IMG/VR virus record: IMGVR_UViG_3300049139_000031
Coordinates: 1-35,164 of that record
Reading direction: 5' to 3' (one strand)
DNA: 35,164 nucleotides
From: a virus
Lineage: Duplodnaviria > Caudoviricetes
The notes under the pieces were generated by a model. That model had not been told where the DNA came from, ran no database searches, and was given only the letters and a program-made list of their open reading frames with translations. A program made the translations under genes and the position numbers. Shown one piece after another: positions 15,152-25,521 of this stretch (position 1 is its first letter; the number at the start of each line of letters is the position of its first letter).

Positions 15152-15439
15152 ATGGCTACCAGCAAGGCTAAGGCTGTTAAGGATGAGGCTGAGGATAAGC
15201 CTAAGGTCAAGACGGTTGAGTTTAAGGGTGTGACTTTCGATGTGTCTCTCGATCCGATGGATTGGGGTTACGACACGATGGATGCCCTGAATGATAACCG
15301 GCTTGCTGCCGCTATTGACGGCATGCTAGGCCCGGATAATGCCCGCAAGTTTAAGGGTCTCCGGCCTACGCTTCGTGAAGCGGTTGACGTTCTCAATCAG
15401 ATTTCTGCCGATGCTGGAGCTGATGACGCGGGAAACTAA
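15152..15439 (+). CDS. Tail assembly chaperone (short form)
   Basis: Between major tail and tape measure; ends GCG GGA AAC TAA. Confidence 0.85.
   Translation: MATSKAKAVKDEAEDKPKVKTVEFKGVTFDVSLDPMDWGYDTMDALNDNRLAAAIDGMLGPDNARKFKGLRPTLREAVDVLNQISADAGADDAGN
15430..15436 (+). other. Programmed -1 ribosomal frameshift site G GGA AAC
   Basis: In-frame X XXY YYZ heptamer; the downstream ORF 15439-15867 is in the -1 frame and open across the site. Confidence 0.85.
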
Positions 15440-15867
15440 TGCTCGTTGCCCAAGTGCTTATTAGGCATAGTGACGAGCTTGAAGCTGATCTGCTCATGCA
15501 TTTTGGATTAGACCTGCGAGACTTCTGGACTGGTGGCCTCTCTCTGCGGAGGCTCCTGGTTATAGTCCTCCGGCTTCTCAAAATGCATGGGCGTTCGGCT
15601 GTCGCGGAAGCCTACATTGGCGAGCAGGCATCTTGGAGCAACACCGACTACATTCTTGCCGACATTCGAGATTCGATCGAAGCCGGTAACTACCTGTTCT
15701 TGTCCGCTCATAAGAGCGAGGACTATCAGATGCCGGACTTCCAGCCGTACCCACGGCCTGGCCTGGACCCTAGTCTACTGGTCTACAGAACAGAAGCCGA
15801 GTCCGAGCCCGATTGGGCTTCGGCGCAAGACATTGCAGGACTGTTTAAGCGTATGCACGGAGGCTAG
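15439..15867 (+). CDS. Tail assembly chaperone frameshift extension
   Basis: LEADLL.HFGLDLRD...G.LS.RRL.V...W...DY.LAD..D...P.P.PRPG. Confidence 0.85.
   Translation: MLVAQVLIRHSDELEADLLMHFGLDLRDFWTGGLSLRRLLVIVLRLLKMHGRSAVAEAYIGEQASWSNTDYILADIRDSIEAGNYLFLSAHKSEDYQMPDFQPYPRPGLDPSLLVYRTEAESEPDWASAQDIAGLFKRMHGG
15771..15791 (+). repeat. Dispersed motif copy: TAGTCTACTGGTCTACAGAAC
   Basis: One mismatch to the consensus; intragenic, about 90 bp upstream of the tape measure gene. Confidence 0.7.
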
Positions 15868-15879
15868 GGAAGGGGGCGC

Positions 15880-18800
15880 ATGGCCACTAAGGTGGGCGAA
15901 GGCTATATTGAGATTAAGCCTAGGCTCGTAGGTTTTAATCGCGATCTGCTTCGCGAAGCGCGTAAGCGAATCAAGGATCTTGAGGACGCCTCTAAGGAGG
16001 CTATGGCCTCTGTTTCCGTCAAGCCTAGAATTACTGGCATCACCAAGATTTGGCAGCGTGAGATCCAGAAGGAACTCAACGACAAGATTAATGGCCTGAC
16101 GGTTGACGTCAAGGTTCAGCTTGACAATCAGGCTCTCAAGGCGACGTTCAACGGTTTCACTGTCTCGGCTAAGAGCTCTTCCGCTCAGGCTGCTAACGCG
16201 TTCAACAAGAACATTGATGGCATCGTCCAGGCCGTGAAGCGCGACATGCGCGAAGTTGAGACCGATGTCCGCACCGGCCTACAGGCTTTCGATAGTCAGA
16301 AGGTTACGGCGTTCGCTGAGGGTGCCGGGGATGCGCTACGGGATCTCGCTAGGAACACCGAGCAGCTTTCGGATAGCCAGGTAACGAGCGTACGCAATGC
16401 GGTGCGTGAGCATGAGTCGTTGAATAAGCTTCTCTCTAACGAGTCTAAGAAGGCCGTTAGTGATTATGAGCGCGAGATTGAAAAGGCTATCAAGGCTACA
16501 GACAAGATGGTTGAAAGCATCATGTCTAAGCGGCCGGAGATTGGAACCGATAAGGGTAGCTCCGTCTGGGGTCTCGCTAAGTCTCTGAATGATGAGATTG
16601 ACGACGTTAACGCGCTCGTCTTTAGCGCTTTCCCTGACTTGAATGCGCAGCTAGCGCAGCAGGCTACAAAGTCTGGGACGAGCTTTTCTGGCGCATTCTT
16701 CAAGGCGTTCCGCGCCAACTTTTTCGACAACGTCTCCGAGACGCTTCTTACTCTCGGATTCCGACTGGGTGCTGCGGCCTTGACCGCTAACCCTCTCCTT
16801 GGTGCGCTGTCCAATCTGGCCGGTGGCATGGTTGCTCTCGGCACTGTGGTCGTTGACCTGTACGGCGCATTTCTCGCTCTACCGGCCGTGTGGGCTGCTG
16901 TGGCGCAAGCCGGTGGTGTTCTCACTGCGGCCTTCTCTGGCATCTCAGAAGCTCTTACAGCCGTGCAGAATGAGGAGCAGCACGCCGCCGCTAACTCCGC
17001 TGTGCAGGCTCGTCAGATTGCTTCCGCTCAGGAGCAGGTAGCCGATGCTAAGGAGCGCCTGAAGCGCTCTGTGGAGTCCGCTAACGAGGGCATCGCTAGG
17101 TCGGAGCAGGCTCTAACGGATGCCATGGCGAGCGCTGCTAGGCGCATCTCAGACGCGCAGGACAATGTCGCTAGGGCTGCCGCTGATGCGGCTGAAGGTG
17201 TCGAGCGTGCTAACGAGCGGATTGCTGATGCGCAGAGGGCGCTGTCTCGTGCCTATGAGTCAGCTTCGGAACGTATCGCTAATGCTGAGGAACGTCACGC
17301 AGATTCGATTAGGCGTGTGCGTGATGCGCAGCTTGAACTGAATGACGCCTACAAGGAGGCAATGGAAAGGTTCGAGGACCTTAACGTCTCCCTCGGGAAT
17401 GCGATCCTTGACGAGGAGGGCGCAAAGCTCGCCATTGAGCGCGCTAAGGAGCGACTGGACGAAACGGTTGGCGATCCTAAGGCGACTGACCTTGATAAGC
17501 GTGAAGCTAAGCATGCCTATGAAGAGGCTTTGCAGCGGCTCGCAGAGATTCAGGAACGTCAGAATGATTTGCGTGAAGAAGTCGAAGAGGCTAACCGCAC
17601 CGGTGTTGAAGGTTCCAAGGAAGTAACTGACGCCCGGCAGAAAATTCTTGACGCACAACAGGCTGAGATCGAAGCGCAAGCGGATATCGCTAAGGCCCAC
17701 CAGGAAGCAGCTCAAATTATTTCGGATGCCCAGGAGCGTGTAGCGCAGGCTCACGCCGATGCCGCCAGGGCTCAAATGGACGGTGTCGAGCGCATTCAGG
17801 AGGCGGAGAAGGATCTAGCGGAAGCTCGTGCGGATGCCGTCAAGGATGTGCAGAGGGCTCAAGCGGATGTAGCTAAGGCGCACAAGGATGCAGACCGCGC
17901 TATCGCCGATTCTCAGAAGGCTGTCAAGCGTGCGATTGATGGTTTGACGGAGGCTCAGACTAAGCAAAATGAGCAGTGGTATAACGCCCAATATGCGATG
18001 TCTCTGCTTTCTCCGGAGGCTCAAAAGTTTGTGCGCTTCCTGGCTGACACTTTCATTCCGCGTTTGCGGGAAGTGCAGTTTGCGATTCAGGATTCTTTCT
18101 TTCCTCCGATCCAGACGGCACTATCGCAGTCTGGCGGTTTGATTGACCTGTTCCAGGCGAAGCTAGCTGTCACGGCTGGACTGTTCGGAACCCTTATCGG
18201 GGAAACCATCACGTGGCTTAACACTCCGGAGACCCAAAACTCTCTCGGCAATATTCTTGACAGCAATAACCGGCTGTTTAGTTTGCTGGGTTCAGCGGGG
18301 CAGAACTTCGGTGAGGTTCTGCTGGTTCTTGCTGAAGACGCGGGTCCGTTCCTTGAGGACATGGGCAAGCTCGTGCTTGACTTCTCGCAGTGGATTAGTG
18401 AGATTGCACAGTCCGAGGAGGGCCGCCAAGAGTTGGCGACGTTCTTCCAGAATGTTTCCGACACCATCCATGACATCTACGATATTGCGAAGCTTGTCGG
18501 CGGAGTACTCTACGAGGTTTACAAAATGGCTCGCCCTTATGGGCAAGAGCTGCTGGAAGACATTAAGGGTATCGCTAAGGAGTTCAGCGATTGGGCTAAC
18601 TCCAAGGAAGGCCGAAAGGATATTGAGAAGTTTCTCAAGAACGGCAAGGAATTCCTTAGTGAAATCTTCAAGCTGATTGAAGATGTCGCTAAGGCGTTCT
18701 TCGATTTCGGCGTTAACAACAACCTTTCTCCGCTCATCGCGTCGCTTCGTGATGATTTGCTTCCGGCTATCCTGCGGGTGGTTGATGCTTTCGGTGGTGG

Positions 18801-19962
18801 CTCTGGTGGTGGCGGTTTCATCTTCCTCATCAAGGTTATCAGTGTTGCAGTTGATGCCCTTTCGGGTTCTATCTCCCTGCTGGCTGCTCTCGTTTCCGGC
18901 ATTGGCGCTATCTTTACCGGCGACTGGTCTGGGGCGCGAGCTTCGTTTGCGGATTTCCTAGATTCTGTCCGTGGCTCCGCTTTGACGGTGTTTGGTGAAT
19001 CTCTACCTGACAGTTTCCGCCAGAGTAGCCAGGCTTTCAACGAGTCTGTTCGCGGAATGAGCGAAGACCAGGGGCGTGTAAGTCTCGGATTCTCTAATCT
19101 GGACAATGACACTAACACCTGGTCGGCTACGACTTCGACCGCTACCGGTCGGGTGAGTCTCGACTATTCGAATATGGCTAACGATGTCGGTGTGAGCACT
19201 GGCCGCTATGCGACCGATGTTGATGCCAAGACTTTGGAAGCCAAGACGAAGGCCGAGCATAACTCTAAGGCAGCCAAGGAAGCTGTACTACTCCAAATGG
19301 AACAGATGCGGCTTGAGAATGCCGCGAAGATGGAAGACTACCGGAAGACGGTTGACACTAAGACGGCTGACGCCAAGACTGCCTCCAATCGAAACATTGG
19401 AGACATTGTCAAGGATGCTGCAACCCTCATGATTCCCTTCTCTGGCGTGTTCTTTGAGGCTGCTAAGGAAGCACAAAGGGTTATCGCTAATCCGGGCGCT
19501 TCGTGGTGGGATGTGGGCAAGGCTGTCATTGACGGGCTATGGAATGGCGTTAAGGCGTTCATTCCGAATTTCCTCACGTCGATCTGGAATCTTGGCGTGG
19601 ACATCATTAACACGATTAACCGCGCCTTGGGTAACAGCTCTCCGTCTAAGAAGGCGTTCTCATCCGGTGTGAACGTTGGTGAGGGTTTGTCACTCGGTAT
19701 CGAGTCGATGACTGGAAAGGTCACTAAGGCCACTAAGGGTCTCGGTAGGGCCGTCACGGACGCTTTCGGTTCACCTTCACTGAATGTGGATGTGGGCGCT
19801 TCCGGCAGCAAGGTTGTTCCGACGTTGGGTTCGGTTAACGCGTCCGGGATTGAAGGCGGCGCACGAAACGTGAACTACATCACCGTTCATGCGGCTCCAA
19901 CGATTCCAACCGAGAAGCAGATCAGTAATGTTTTGAAGTATCAGGAAGCGCTTTACTCTTAA
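15880..19962 (+). CDS. Tape measure protein
   Basis: 1360 aa, Ala-rich helical/coiled-coil with hydrophobic segments; VGEGYIEIKP start and SPSK..F...G...GEGL..GI near the C-terminus. Confidence 0.93.
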   Translation: MATKVGEGYIEIKPRLVGFNRDLLREARKRIKDLEDASKEAMASVSVKPRITGITKIWQREIQKELNDKINGLTVDVKVQLDNQALKATFNGFTVSAKSSSAQAANAFNKNIDGIVQAVKRDMREVETDVRTGLQAFDSQKVTAFAEGAGDALRDLARNTEQLSDSQVTSVRNAVREHESLNKLLSNESKKAVSDYEREIEKAIKATDKMVESIMSKRPEIGTDKGSSVWGLAKSLNDEIDDVNALVFSAFPDLNAQLAQQATKSGTSFSGAFFKAFRANFFDNVSETLLTLGFRLGAAALTANPLLGALSNLAGGMVALGTVVVDLYGAFLALPAVWAAVAQAGGVLTAAFSGISEALTAVQNEEQHAAANSAVQARQIASAQEQVADAKERLKRSVESANEGIARSEQALTDAMASAARRISDAQDNVARAAADAAEGVERANERIADAQRALSRAYESASERIANAEERHADSIRRVRDAQLELNDAYKEAMERFEDLNVSLGNAILDEEGAKLAIERAKERLDETVGDPKATDLDKREAKHAYEEALQRLAEIQERQNDLREEVEEANRTGVEGSKEVTDARQKILDAQQAEIEAQADIAKAHQEAAQIISDAQERVAQAHADAARAQMDGVERIQEAEKDLAEARADAVKDVQRAQADVAKAHKDADRAIADSQKAVKRAIDGLTEAQTKQNEQWYNAQYAMSLLSPEAQKFVRFLADTFIPRLREVQFAIQDSFFPPIQTALSQSGGLIDLFQAKLAVTAGLFGTLIGETITWLNTPETQNSLGNILDSNNRLFSLLGSAGQNFGEVLLVLAEDAGPFLEDMGKLVLDFSQWISEIAQSEEGRQELATFFQNVSDTIHDIYDIAKLVGGVLYEVYKMARPYGQELLEDIKGIAKEFSDWANSKEGRKDIEKFLKNGKEFLSEIFKLIEDVAKAFFDFGVNNNLSPLIASLRDDLLPAILRVVDAFGGGSGGGGFIFLIKVISVAVDALSGSISLLAALVSGIGAIFTGDWSGARASFADFLDSVRGSALTVFGESLPDSFRQSSQAFNESVRGMSEDQGRVSLGFSNLDNDTNTWSATTSTATGRVSLDYSNMANDVGVSTGRYATDVDAKTLEAKTKAEHNSKAAKEAVLLQMEQMRLENAAKMEDYRKTVDTKTADAKTASNRNIGDIVKDAATLMIPFSGVFFEAAKEAQRVIANPGASWWDVGKAVIDGLWNGVKAFIPNFLTSIWNLGVDIINTINRALGNSSPSKKAFSSGVNVGEGLSLGIESMTGKVTKATKGLGRAVTDAFGSPSLNVDVGASGSKVVPTLGSVNASGIEGGARNVNYITVHAAPTIPTEKQISNVLKYQEALYS

Positions 19963-19970
19963 GAAGGGGG

Positions 19971-20948
19971 TTGCCCATGCCTTACGGCTATCCAGCCACA
20001 AATATTGAATGGGTGACCCTCTCTTCTGGGGAGAGTCAGTCTGATCCCATTCCGGGCGCATTCATTTCACTAACTGAATACAGCGATTCGGTCACTGGTG
20101 GTCACATGGTGACCATGAAGGGCATGTCTGGTTTTGATGCCCCACCGATCGAATTGTTTTACGACGAGATGAGCGGCTTGGATGGCGGACTGTTCCGTCA
20201 TTCGCGTGTGGCATCGCGAGAGCTTTTCATTCCGCTCATCATTTGGGCTACCACTCGTCAGAATTTCCTCACCCTTAAGCGCGACCTGCTGGCGCGCATG
20301 AGTCCGGCCGCTGGACTTGGACGGCTGCTGATGACTGAGGGGGACAACACTTCCCGCTATATCGACTGCCGCTATGCGGGTGGCGCTGAGGGCACTTACA
20401 GCGAGGATGAGGGCGGCTTCTTTTGGCAGAAGTACGGTCTTACGTTTCGTGCGTTGGACCCTTTCTGGTACGAGTCCACTCCGCAACAGGTGACGTGGAC
20501 TTCTGAAGCGGCTGACCTGAAAAGCTTCTTCGGTGACGGTACTGAACCCTTTTTCGGTATCCGCTTGAACCCGTCTCGCGGTATCAACAGTACAACCCCT
20601 GTGACGTCTCTAGGCGACTACTACACGTGGCCTACGTGGACTATCACGGGGCCTGTTGAAGGGCTCACAGTGGCAGTCACAGGCGCTTCTACGGGGTCTT
20701 TCACGCTGAACCTGTCTTTGGGTGTTGGCGAGGTTATGTATGTGGACACCAGGCCGTCGCGGCGGCGCATCATCAAGCTTGACAACCCTCCGATTGTGGC
20801 GGGTCAAAACTTTTGGGACGTGCTTGAATCCGGGGACACCTTCTGGCCTTTGGGTAAGGGGTTGAACGAAATCACGCTTACTGCTGGTTCTGTCGGGCCG
20901 GGCACGTCCGTCTCGATGAACTATCGTCCGAGGTATTACAGTGCCTAA
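19971..20948 (+). CDS. Distal tail (Dit-like) minor tail protein
   Basis: DGG.F...R...RELFIPL.I, LTFRALDPFWY, GDY.TWPTWTITGP, FWPLGKGLN. Confidence 0.85.
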   Translation: MPMPYGYPATNIEWVTLSSGESQSDPIPGAFISLTEYSDSVTGGHMVTMKGMSGFDAPPIELFYDEMSGLDGGLFRHSRVASRELFIPLIIWATTRQNFLTLKRDLLARMSPAAGLGRLLMTEGDNTSRYIDCRYAGGAEGTYSEDEGGFFWQKYGLTFRALDPFWYESTPQQVTWTSEAADLKSFFGDGTEPFFGIRLNPSRGINSTTPVTSLGDYYTWPTWTITGPVEGLTVAVTGASTGSFTLNLSLGVGEVMYVDTRPSRRRIIKLDNPPIVAGQNFWDVLESGDTFWPLGKGLNEITLTAGSVGPGTSVSMNYRPRYYSA

Positions 20949-20963
20949 AGTATCGAAGGGACT

Positions 20964-22550
20964 TTGATGCCCCGATTCATTATTGAAGCTCGCGATACCA
21001 CGTATAAGCGTATCGGTCCGGTTGAAAACTACACCAACTTTGAAGCCATCATTCGACACAATGCGGTCGGTACATGGTCTCTCACTATTCCGGGTTCCGC
21101 CCCGGAGATTGCAAACCTTCAGCCTGGCAACGGAATCATTGTCCGCATTGAAGGTCAGGACGGCATTGCTTTCTCTGGCCCGATCAGCAAGATTTCCCAC
21201 AATTGGGGGGAGTCCGATCAGGGCGCGGGTTCGGTTACCGTGTCCGGCCTAACTGACGATCAGCTTCTTTTCGAGCGTGTCACTTATCCGGTTCCGGCCA
21301 ATGACTTGGACGGCCAGACTTCCGACAGAACTATTCTCGTTTCCAACGCTGGAACGCTGATGGAACTTTTGGTGTTGGAGAATTGCGGAATGGATGCGCG
21401 GCCTGAACGCCAGTATCCGCAGTTGGATGTCGGGAACGGTTCACAGATTGGCGGACCGTCAACGGTCTCCACCCGCTTCGATGTGCTCGGGGAAGTGCTC
21501 CAGGAGCTAGCCAACTCTAATGCTGTCGGCTTCAATGTCCGCCAGACTGACGACGACCGCCTGCTTTTCGACATGTTCATTCCGCAGGATAAGAGCAATC
21601 TTGTTTTCGGTCGAGAGTTCGGAAATCTCCAGGCTTACTCTTACGACATTGAAGCGCCCACAGCCACGAGGGCTATCTTCGCCTGTCAGGGTGAGGGGCG
21701 TGACAGGTATCTTGAAGATGCCGAGTTTAATCCTTACCTGGCGGAAACTTTGGACGACCGAAGCGAACGCATCATTTACACGAGTGGCGCTAGCGATGGC
21801 TCGGACCCGGATTGCTACCGTGGCACTTTTACTATCATGTTGAATGCTGACGCCGATCTGAGATTTACTGGCACTGGCGTTCGCGTCTATGGCCAAGCGT
21901 CTATGGACCCGTGGATCAATAACTTTGCGATCGTAGATGGTGGCGACGCTGTCGAAATTGAGGAACCTACCGAGCCTCCTGGTACGCCTCGCGTGCTACT
22001 GTTTGAGGTTTCAAATCTTCTCTATGGCGAGCACACTCTTAAGATTGCTACCGTTAGTGGCCTATTCCTTGACTATGTCGAAATCTTGGACGAGCGCACT
22101 ATCGCGGATTGGCGACGCAATAGCGAAAGATTCTATGACCGTCGCGACATCCCGGTGGCCTGGAACACTGCACACACTTCGCTGATTGATCCAAGTAACG
22201 TGGTGGATGGTGTTCCCCAGGATGCCGATCCTGCCGTCTATCGGCCGCTGCTGGATCAGGCAACTCTTGAAGCGTGGGACGAGAATGGCCCTAAGGCGAG
22301 CCTTTCGCTATCCCCTATTGATACGGTAGCGGTCAAGTATGGCCGCGACTACCGTGTGGGTGACATTGTGACAGTTGACGTTAACGGCCTACTGTTCTCG
22401 GAAGTGCTTCGGGAGGTTCGCCTATCGGATGGCGATGATGGCCCGCGTATCACCCCAACTATTGGCGATTCTCAGGCTTCTAGTACTCCGAACCTCTATA
22501 GGACGGTACGGCAGCTATGGACTAAGGTACGGCGTTTGGAGGCGCGATAA
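20964..22550 (+). CDS. Baseplate hub / Gp37-like minor tail protein with an inserted beta-sandwich domain
   Basis: RHNAVGTWSL, FSGPI, GQGEG.DR-like segment, E.FYDRRD and YGRDYRVGDIVTV. Confidence 0.82.
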   Translation: MMPRFIIEARDTTYKRIGPVENYTNFEAIIRHNAVGTWSLTIPGSAPEIANLQPGNGIIVRIEGQDGIAFSGPISKISHNWGESDQGAGSVTVSGLTDDQLLFERVTYPVPANDLDGQTSDRTILVSNAGTLMELLVLENCGMDARPERQYPQLDVGNGSQIGGPSTVSTRFDVLGEVLQELANSNAVGFNVRQTDDDRLLFDMFIPQDKSNLVFGREFGNLQAYSYDIEAPTATRAIFACQGEGRDRYLEDAEFNPYLAETLDDRSERIIYTSGASDGSDPDCYRGTFTIMLNADADLRFTGTGVRVYGQASMDPWINNFAIVDGGDAVEIEEPTEPPGTPRVLLFEVSNLLYGEHTLKIATVSGLFLDYVEILDERTIADWRRNSERFYDRRDIPVAWNTAHTSLIDPSNVVDGVPQDADPAVYRPLLDQATLEAWDENGPKASLSLSPIDTVAVKYGRDYRVGDIVTVDVNGLLFSEVLREVRLSDGDDGPRITPTIGDSQASSTPNLYRTVRQLWTKVRRLEAR

Positions 22551-23566
22551 TGGCAGGTCTTTCTTACCCTTTTGACAGCGGGCCCGGTTCTACCATCACG
22601 GAGGATCAGTGGTCTTATCTGGTTAAGGACTCTCTAGGTGATGGAGTCCACGAGGACGACAACGCTCCGTATAGTGGCGAGCTTGAAGTGTTCACGACGG
22701 CAGAGCCGGGCATTATCAATATTCGTGCTGGCCGAGCCTCTATTGACGGCTTCCACTATCAGCAGTCCGGAGACGACATTATCGCGGTCACCGCTAACGC
22801 GAATGTGACCCTGGATCGCATGGACGCGGTTGTGCTTCGCCTGGACTTGTCCACGGACGCCATCACTGTTGAGACGAAGTTGGGCGTGCCCGCTTCTTCC
22901 CCTTCCCCTCCGGCCATTGACAGTAATGAAATGGTGCTCGCGCTTTTCGTGGTGCCAAAAAACTCTAGTACGGTTCTCGACGTTACCGACATGCGCACCT
23001 ATGTGGGTCGCCGGATGCTTGTCAGCAGGAGCAGTAACCCGGTTGGCAGGCAGGGCGATCTCATCTACTTCCCCGATTCTGACCGCTGGTCAGGTGTGCG
23101 AGCTGGAGCGGTTCCCACACCTCTGGCTTTTGAGGAGGAGATTGACGACCATGTTGCCGCTTCCGATCCTCACCCGCAGTACATGACTCAGGCTGAAACG
23201 AATTCGACCGTCACCACGGGTTCACTGTCTTTCAGCCCTTCGGTCACTCCGCACGCATCCTATTGCCGGGCGATCAATTTGCCTGGCGGTTTCAGTATCG
23301 TGAACATTTATGTTTATGGAACATTCAACGGTGCCGACAATGAAGGCGCTTTTACGCTGTGCACTATCAGCACCACAGCTTTGCGGCCTAATTTCCTTTT
23401 CCGCTTCGTTGGACATCAGTGGGAGTTTTCCAACTCTACCGACGATATTCCGCTTGTTGTCGGAGTGAACACGGATGGCGCTATCAGTTCCACCGGGCAA
23501 ACTTGGCTTATGGGCGGTTCGCGCATTCTCTTCAACGTCACATACTTTAAGGGTCCGGGGGTTTAA
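22550..23566 (+). CDS. Minor tail / receptor-binding protein 1
   Basis: SYPFDSGPG...TEDQWS, G.A.IDGF.Y, R.D.VVLRLD; beta-rich C-terminal domain. Confidence 0.75.
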   Translation: MAGLSYPFDSGPGSTITEDQWSYLVKDSLGDGVHEDDNAPYSGELEVFTTAEPGIINIRAGRASIDGFHYQQSGDDIIAVTANANVTLDRMDAVVLRLDLSTDAITVETKLGVPASSPSPPAIDSNEMVLALFVVPKNSSTVLDVTDMRTYVGRRMLVSRSSNPVGRQGDLIYFPDSDRWSGVRAGAVPTPLAFEEEIDDHVAASDPHPQYMTQAETNSTVTTGSLSFSPSVTPHASYCRAINLPGGFSIVNIYVYGTFNGADNEGAFTLCTISTTALRPNFLFRFVGHQWEFSNSTDDIPLVVGVNTDGAISSTGQTWLMGGSRILFNVTYFKGPGV

Positions 23567-24616
23567 ATGGCAGAGTTCTCCTACCCGTTCGATGCGGGTT
23601 CAGGCGCTATCGTTACCGAGGATGACTGGTCGGATATGGCCAAGAATTGGCAGGATGACGGCGTAGTTTCCGACTCGCTATCCCCTCTCGCTCTTGAGGT
23701 GGAAGCCCTTGGCGAGCTAAACACTGTCTACGTTAATCCCGGTATGGCTGTCATTCAGGGTTTCATGTACCGTAACACTGATGTTCTTCCGCTCTCTTTC
23801 TCCACTAATGGTAGCGGCAATCCCCGCCGTGACAGGGTTGTGCTTCGCCTGGATCGGACCACTAACGTCATTCAGGCTGTAGTGAAGGAGGGCACTCCCG
23901 CCGCTTCTCCGGTTGCGCCGGATGTTAATACCGTCTATCCGATCTATGAGATTAGCTTGGGCTGGTATCAGGTCGCGGCAAGCTCTTCAATTACGCTGAC
24001 TGCGCTCCAGGAGAAGCCTTACACGAGTCGCCGTATCCGCGTATCGGACGACTTGGGTACTCAGCCTAAGGGTTCTATCGTTTACAGTCCCACCGACGAC
24101 ACGTTTCACATGATTAAGTCGGGTAGCTCTGTGGAAATCGGTTCAGGTGGCGGCGGTAGTCAAAAGTCGTGGACTCTTCGGAAGACAGCAGATCAGCTAA
24201 TTACGGGAACGACTTCGCGCGTAGATGATGATTCCATTATCTTCACTCCAACGACTGGCTTGAACTATGTGATTGATGGAACCATCTACTACTGGTGTAA
24301 TACTCCAGCGGCAAGTATGGCATTCGCTCTTGGGTTGACCCAGAGCACTCCCCCGAGTGTGAAGGTCAGCTACATTTACCAGACCTCCGCATCAGTTAAC
24401 CCGGCCACTGCCACATTTGCGTCTTCTACGACCGGGGTTACTGTCGGCTCCGTGGCGTCGAGCACTTTCTATGCGGTTCGTTTCGAATTCTCGGGTCGCG
24501 TCTTTTATGAAGATGAGGAGTTCGATCTGATCGCCCCCTATTACACGCCCGCTAATGGCGCTCACCAGTGGACGATCAGCGCCAATAGTTGGATGCGTGT
24601 AACGCAAACGGAATAG
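23567..24616 (+). CDS. Minor tail / receptor-binding protein 2 (paralogue of the previous gene)
   Basis: SYPFDAGSG...TEDDWS, G.A.IQGF.Y, R.DRVVLRLD; different C-terminal domain after a GSGGGGS linker. Confidence 0.75.
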   Translation: MAEFSYPFDAGSGAIVTEDDWSDMAKNWQDDGVVSDSLSPLALEVEALGELNTVYVNPGMAVIQGFMYRNTDVLPLSFSTNGSGNPRRDRVVLRLDRTTNVIQAVVKEGTPAASPVAPDVNTVYPIYEISLGWYQVAASSSITLTALQEKPYTSRRIRVSDDLGTQPKGSIVYSPTDDTFHMIKSGSSVEIGSGGGGSQKSWTLRKTADQLITGTTSRVDDDSIIFTPTTGLNYVIDGTIYYWCNTPAASMAFALGLTQSTPPSVKVSYIYQTSASVNPATATFASSTTGVTVGSVASSTFYAVRFEFSGRVFYEDEEFDLIAPYYTPANGAHQWTISANSWMRVTQTE

Positions 24617-24625
24617 GGGGATGCC

Positions 24626-24850
24626 ATGGCAGACGAAGACAAGGCGGTATTTACCGTCAAAGATATTTATCTAGAAGTGCGTGAGCTGGTGATTGAAGTT
24701 CGCAGACTCACTCAGCATTACGATGTGTCCAAGGCTGTGAATGATGACCACGAGAAGCGTATCCGCAGTCTTGAGGTTTGGAGATACGGCCTGCCCGCTG
24801 CGATCATCACCGCTGTTGCCAGCATTGCTATCACACTTTTGAAGGGGTAA
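24626..24850 (+). CDS. Small membrane protein of the lysis cassette (coiled coil plus C-terminal TM)
   Basis: DHEKRIRSLEVWRY followed by a hydrophobic helix; directly before the endolysin. Confidence 0.65.
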   Translation: MADEDKAVFTVKDIYLEVRELVIEVRRLTQHYDVSKAVNDDHEKRIRSLEVWRYGLPAAIITAVASIAITLLKG

Positions 24851-24854
24851 AGGA

Positions 24855-25520
24855 ATGGCGTACACCAAGGATGTAATCAGGATTGCCAATGGCGAGATTG
24901 GCTACCGGGAGAAGCGCACTAATCACACTAAGTACGCTGACGAAGTCAAACAGCTTAATTGGGCACAGGATCAGCCTTGGTGTCACACGTTCATCTCTTG
25001 GCTTTTTCAGCAGGCCGACGCTAAGAGTATCGCCCCGGTAACCGCTAGTTGCGCTGTGGGTGTGCAGTGGTTCAAGAAGCAGAAGCGGTTTAATAAGACT
25101 CCGCTAGTTGGCTCCATCGTCTACTACGGCCCGCATGGTGGCACGCATGTGGAACTGGTGGTTAAGGTCACCTCAACCCACATCACCACCATTGGCGGTA
25201 ATACTGGTGGTTCGCTTGAAGGCCGATACTTTAACGGCGATGGCGTTTATGAGAAGGAAGTTCCGCGCAATTCTTCCCGCATCTATGGCTACGGGCATCC
25301 TGACTATGAGCCGGAAAAGAAGTCTCCGCGCCTGCTGCGCAAGGGTATGAAGGGTGCCGACGTTCGGAATTGGCAGAAGACGCTTAACTATCTCGGCTAC
25401 AAGATTGAAGATGACGGCGAGTTTGGCACCGAAACCCACACTGCCACTAGGGATTTTCAGCGGAGTAAAGACATTGAAGATGACGGCATTGTAGGACCTG
25501 CTACCCGAGCGAAGGTGTGA
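24855..25520 (+). CDS. Endolysin: CHAP domain plus peptidoglycan-binding domain
   Basis: QPWCHTF (Cys), THVELV (His), IGGNT; C-terminal LRKGMKGADVRNWQ..L...DGEFG..T..A...FQ....DDGIVGPAT. Confidence 0.92.
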   Translation: MAYTKDVIRIANGEIGYREKRTNHTKYADEVKQLNWAQDQPWCHTFISWLFQQADAKSIAPVTASCAVGVQWFKKQKRFNKTPLVGSIVYYGPHGGTHVELVVKVTSTHITTIGGNTGGSLEGRYFNGDGVYEKEVPRNSSRIYGYGHPDYEPEKKSPRLLRKGMKGADVRNWQKTLNYLGYKIEDDGEFGTETHTATRDFQRSKDIEDDGIVGPATRAKV

Positions 25521-25521
25521 A

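Noticed and set aside
15430-15436. Frameshift site as a novel finding
   Set aside because: This is the well-known tail assembly chaperone -1 frameshift; listed as a feature only.
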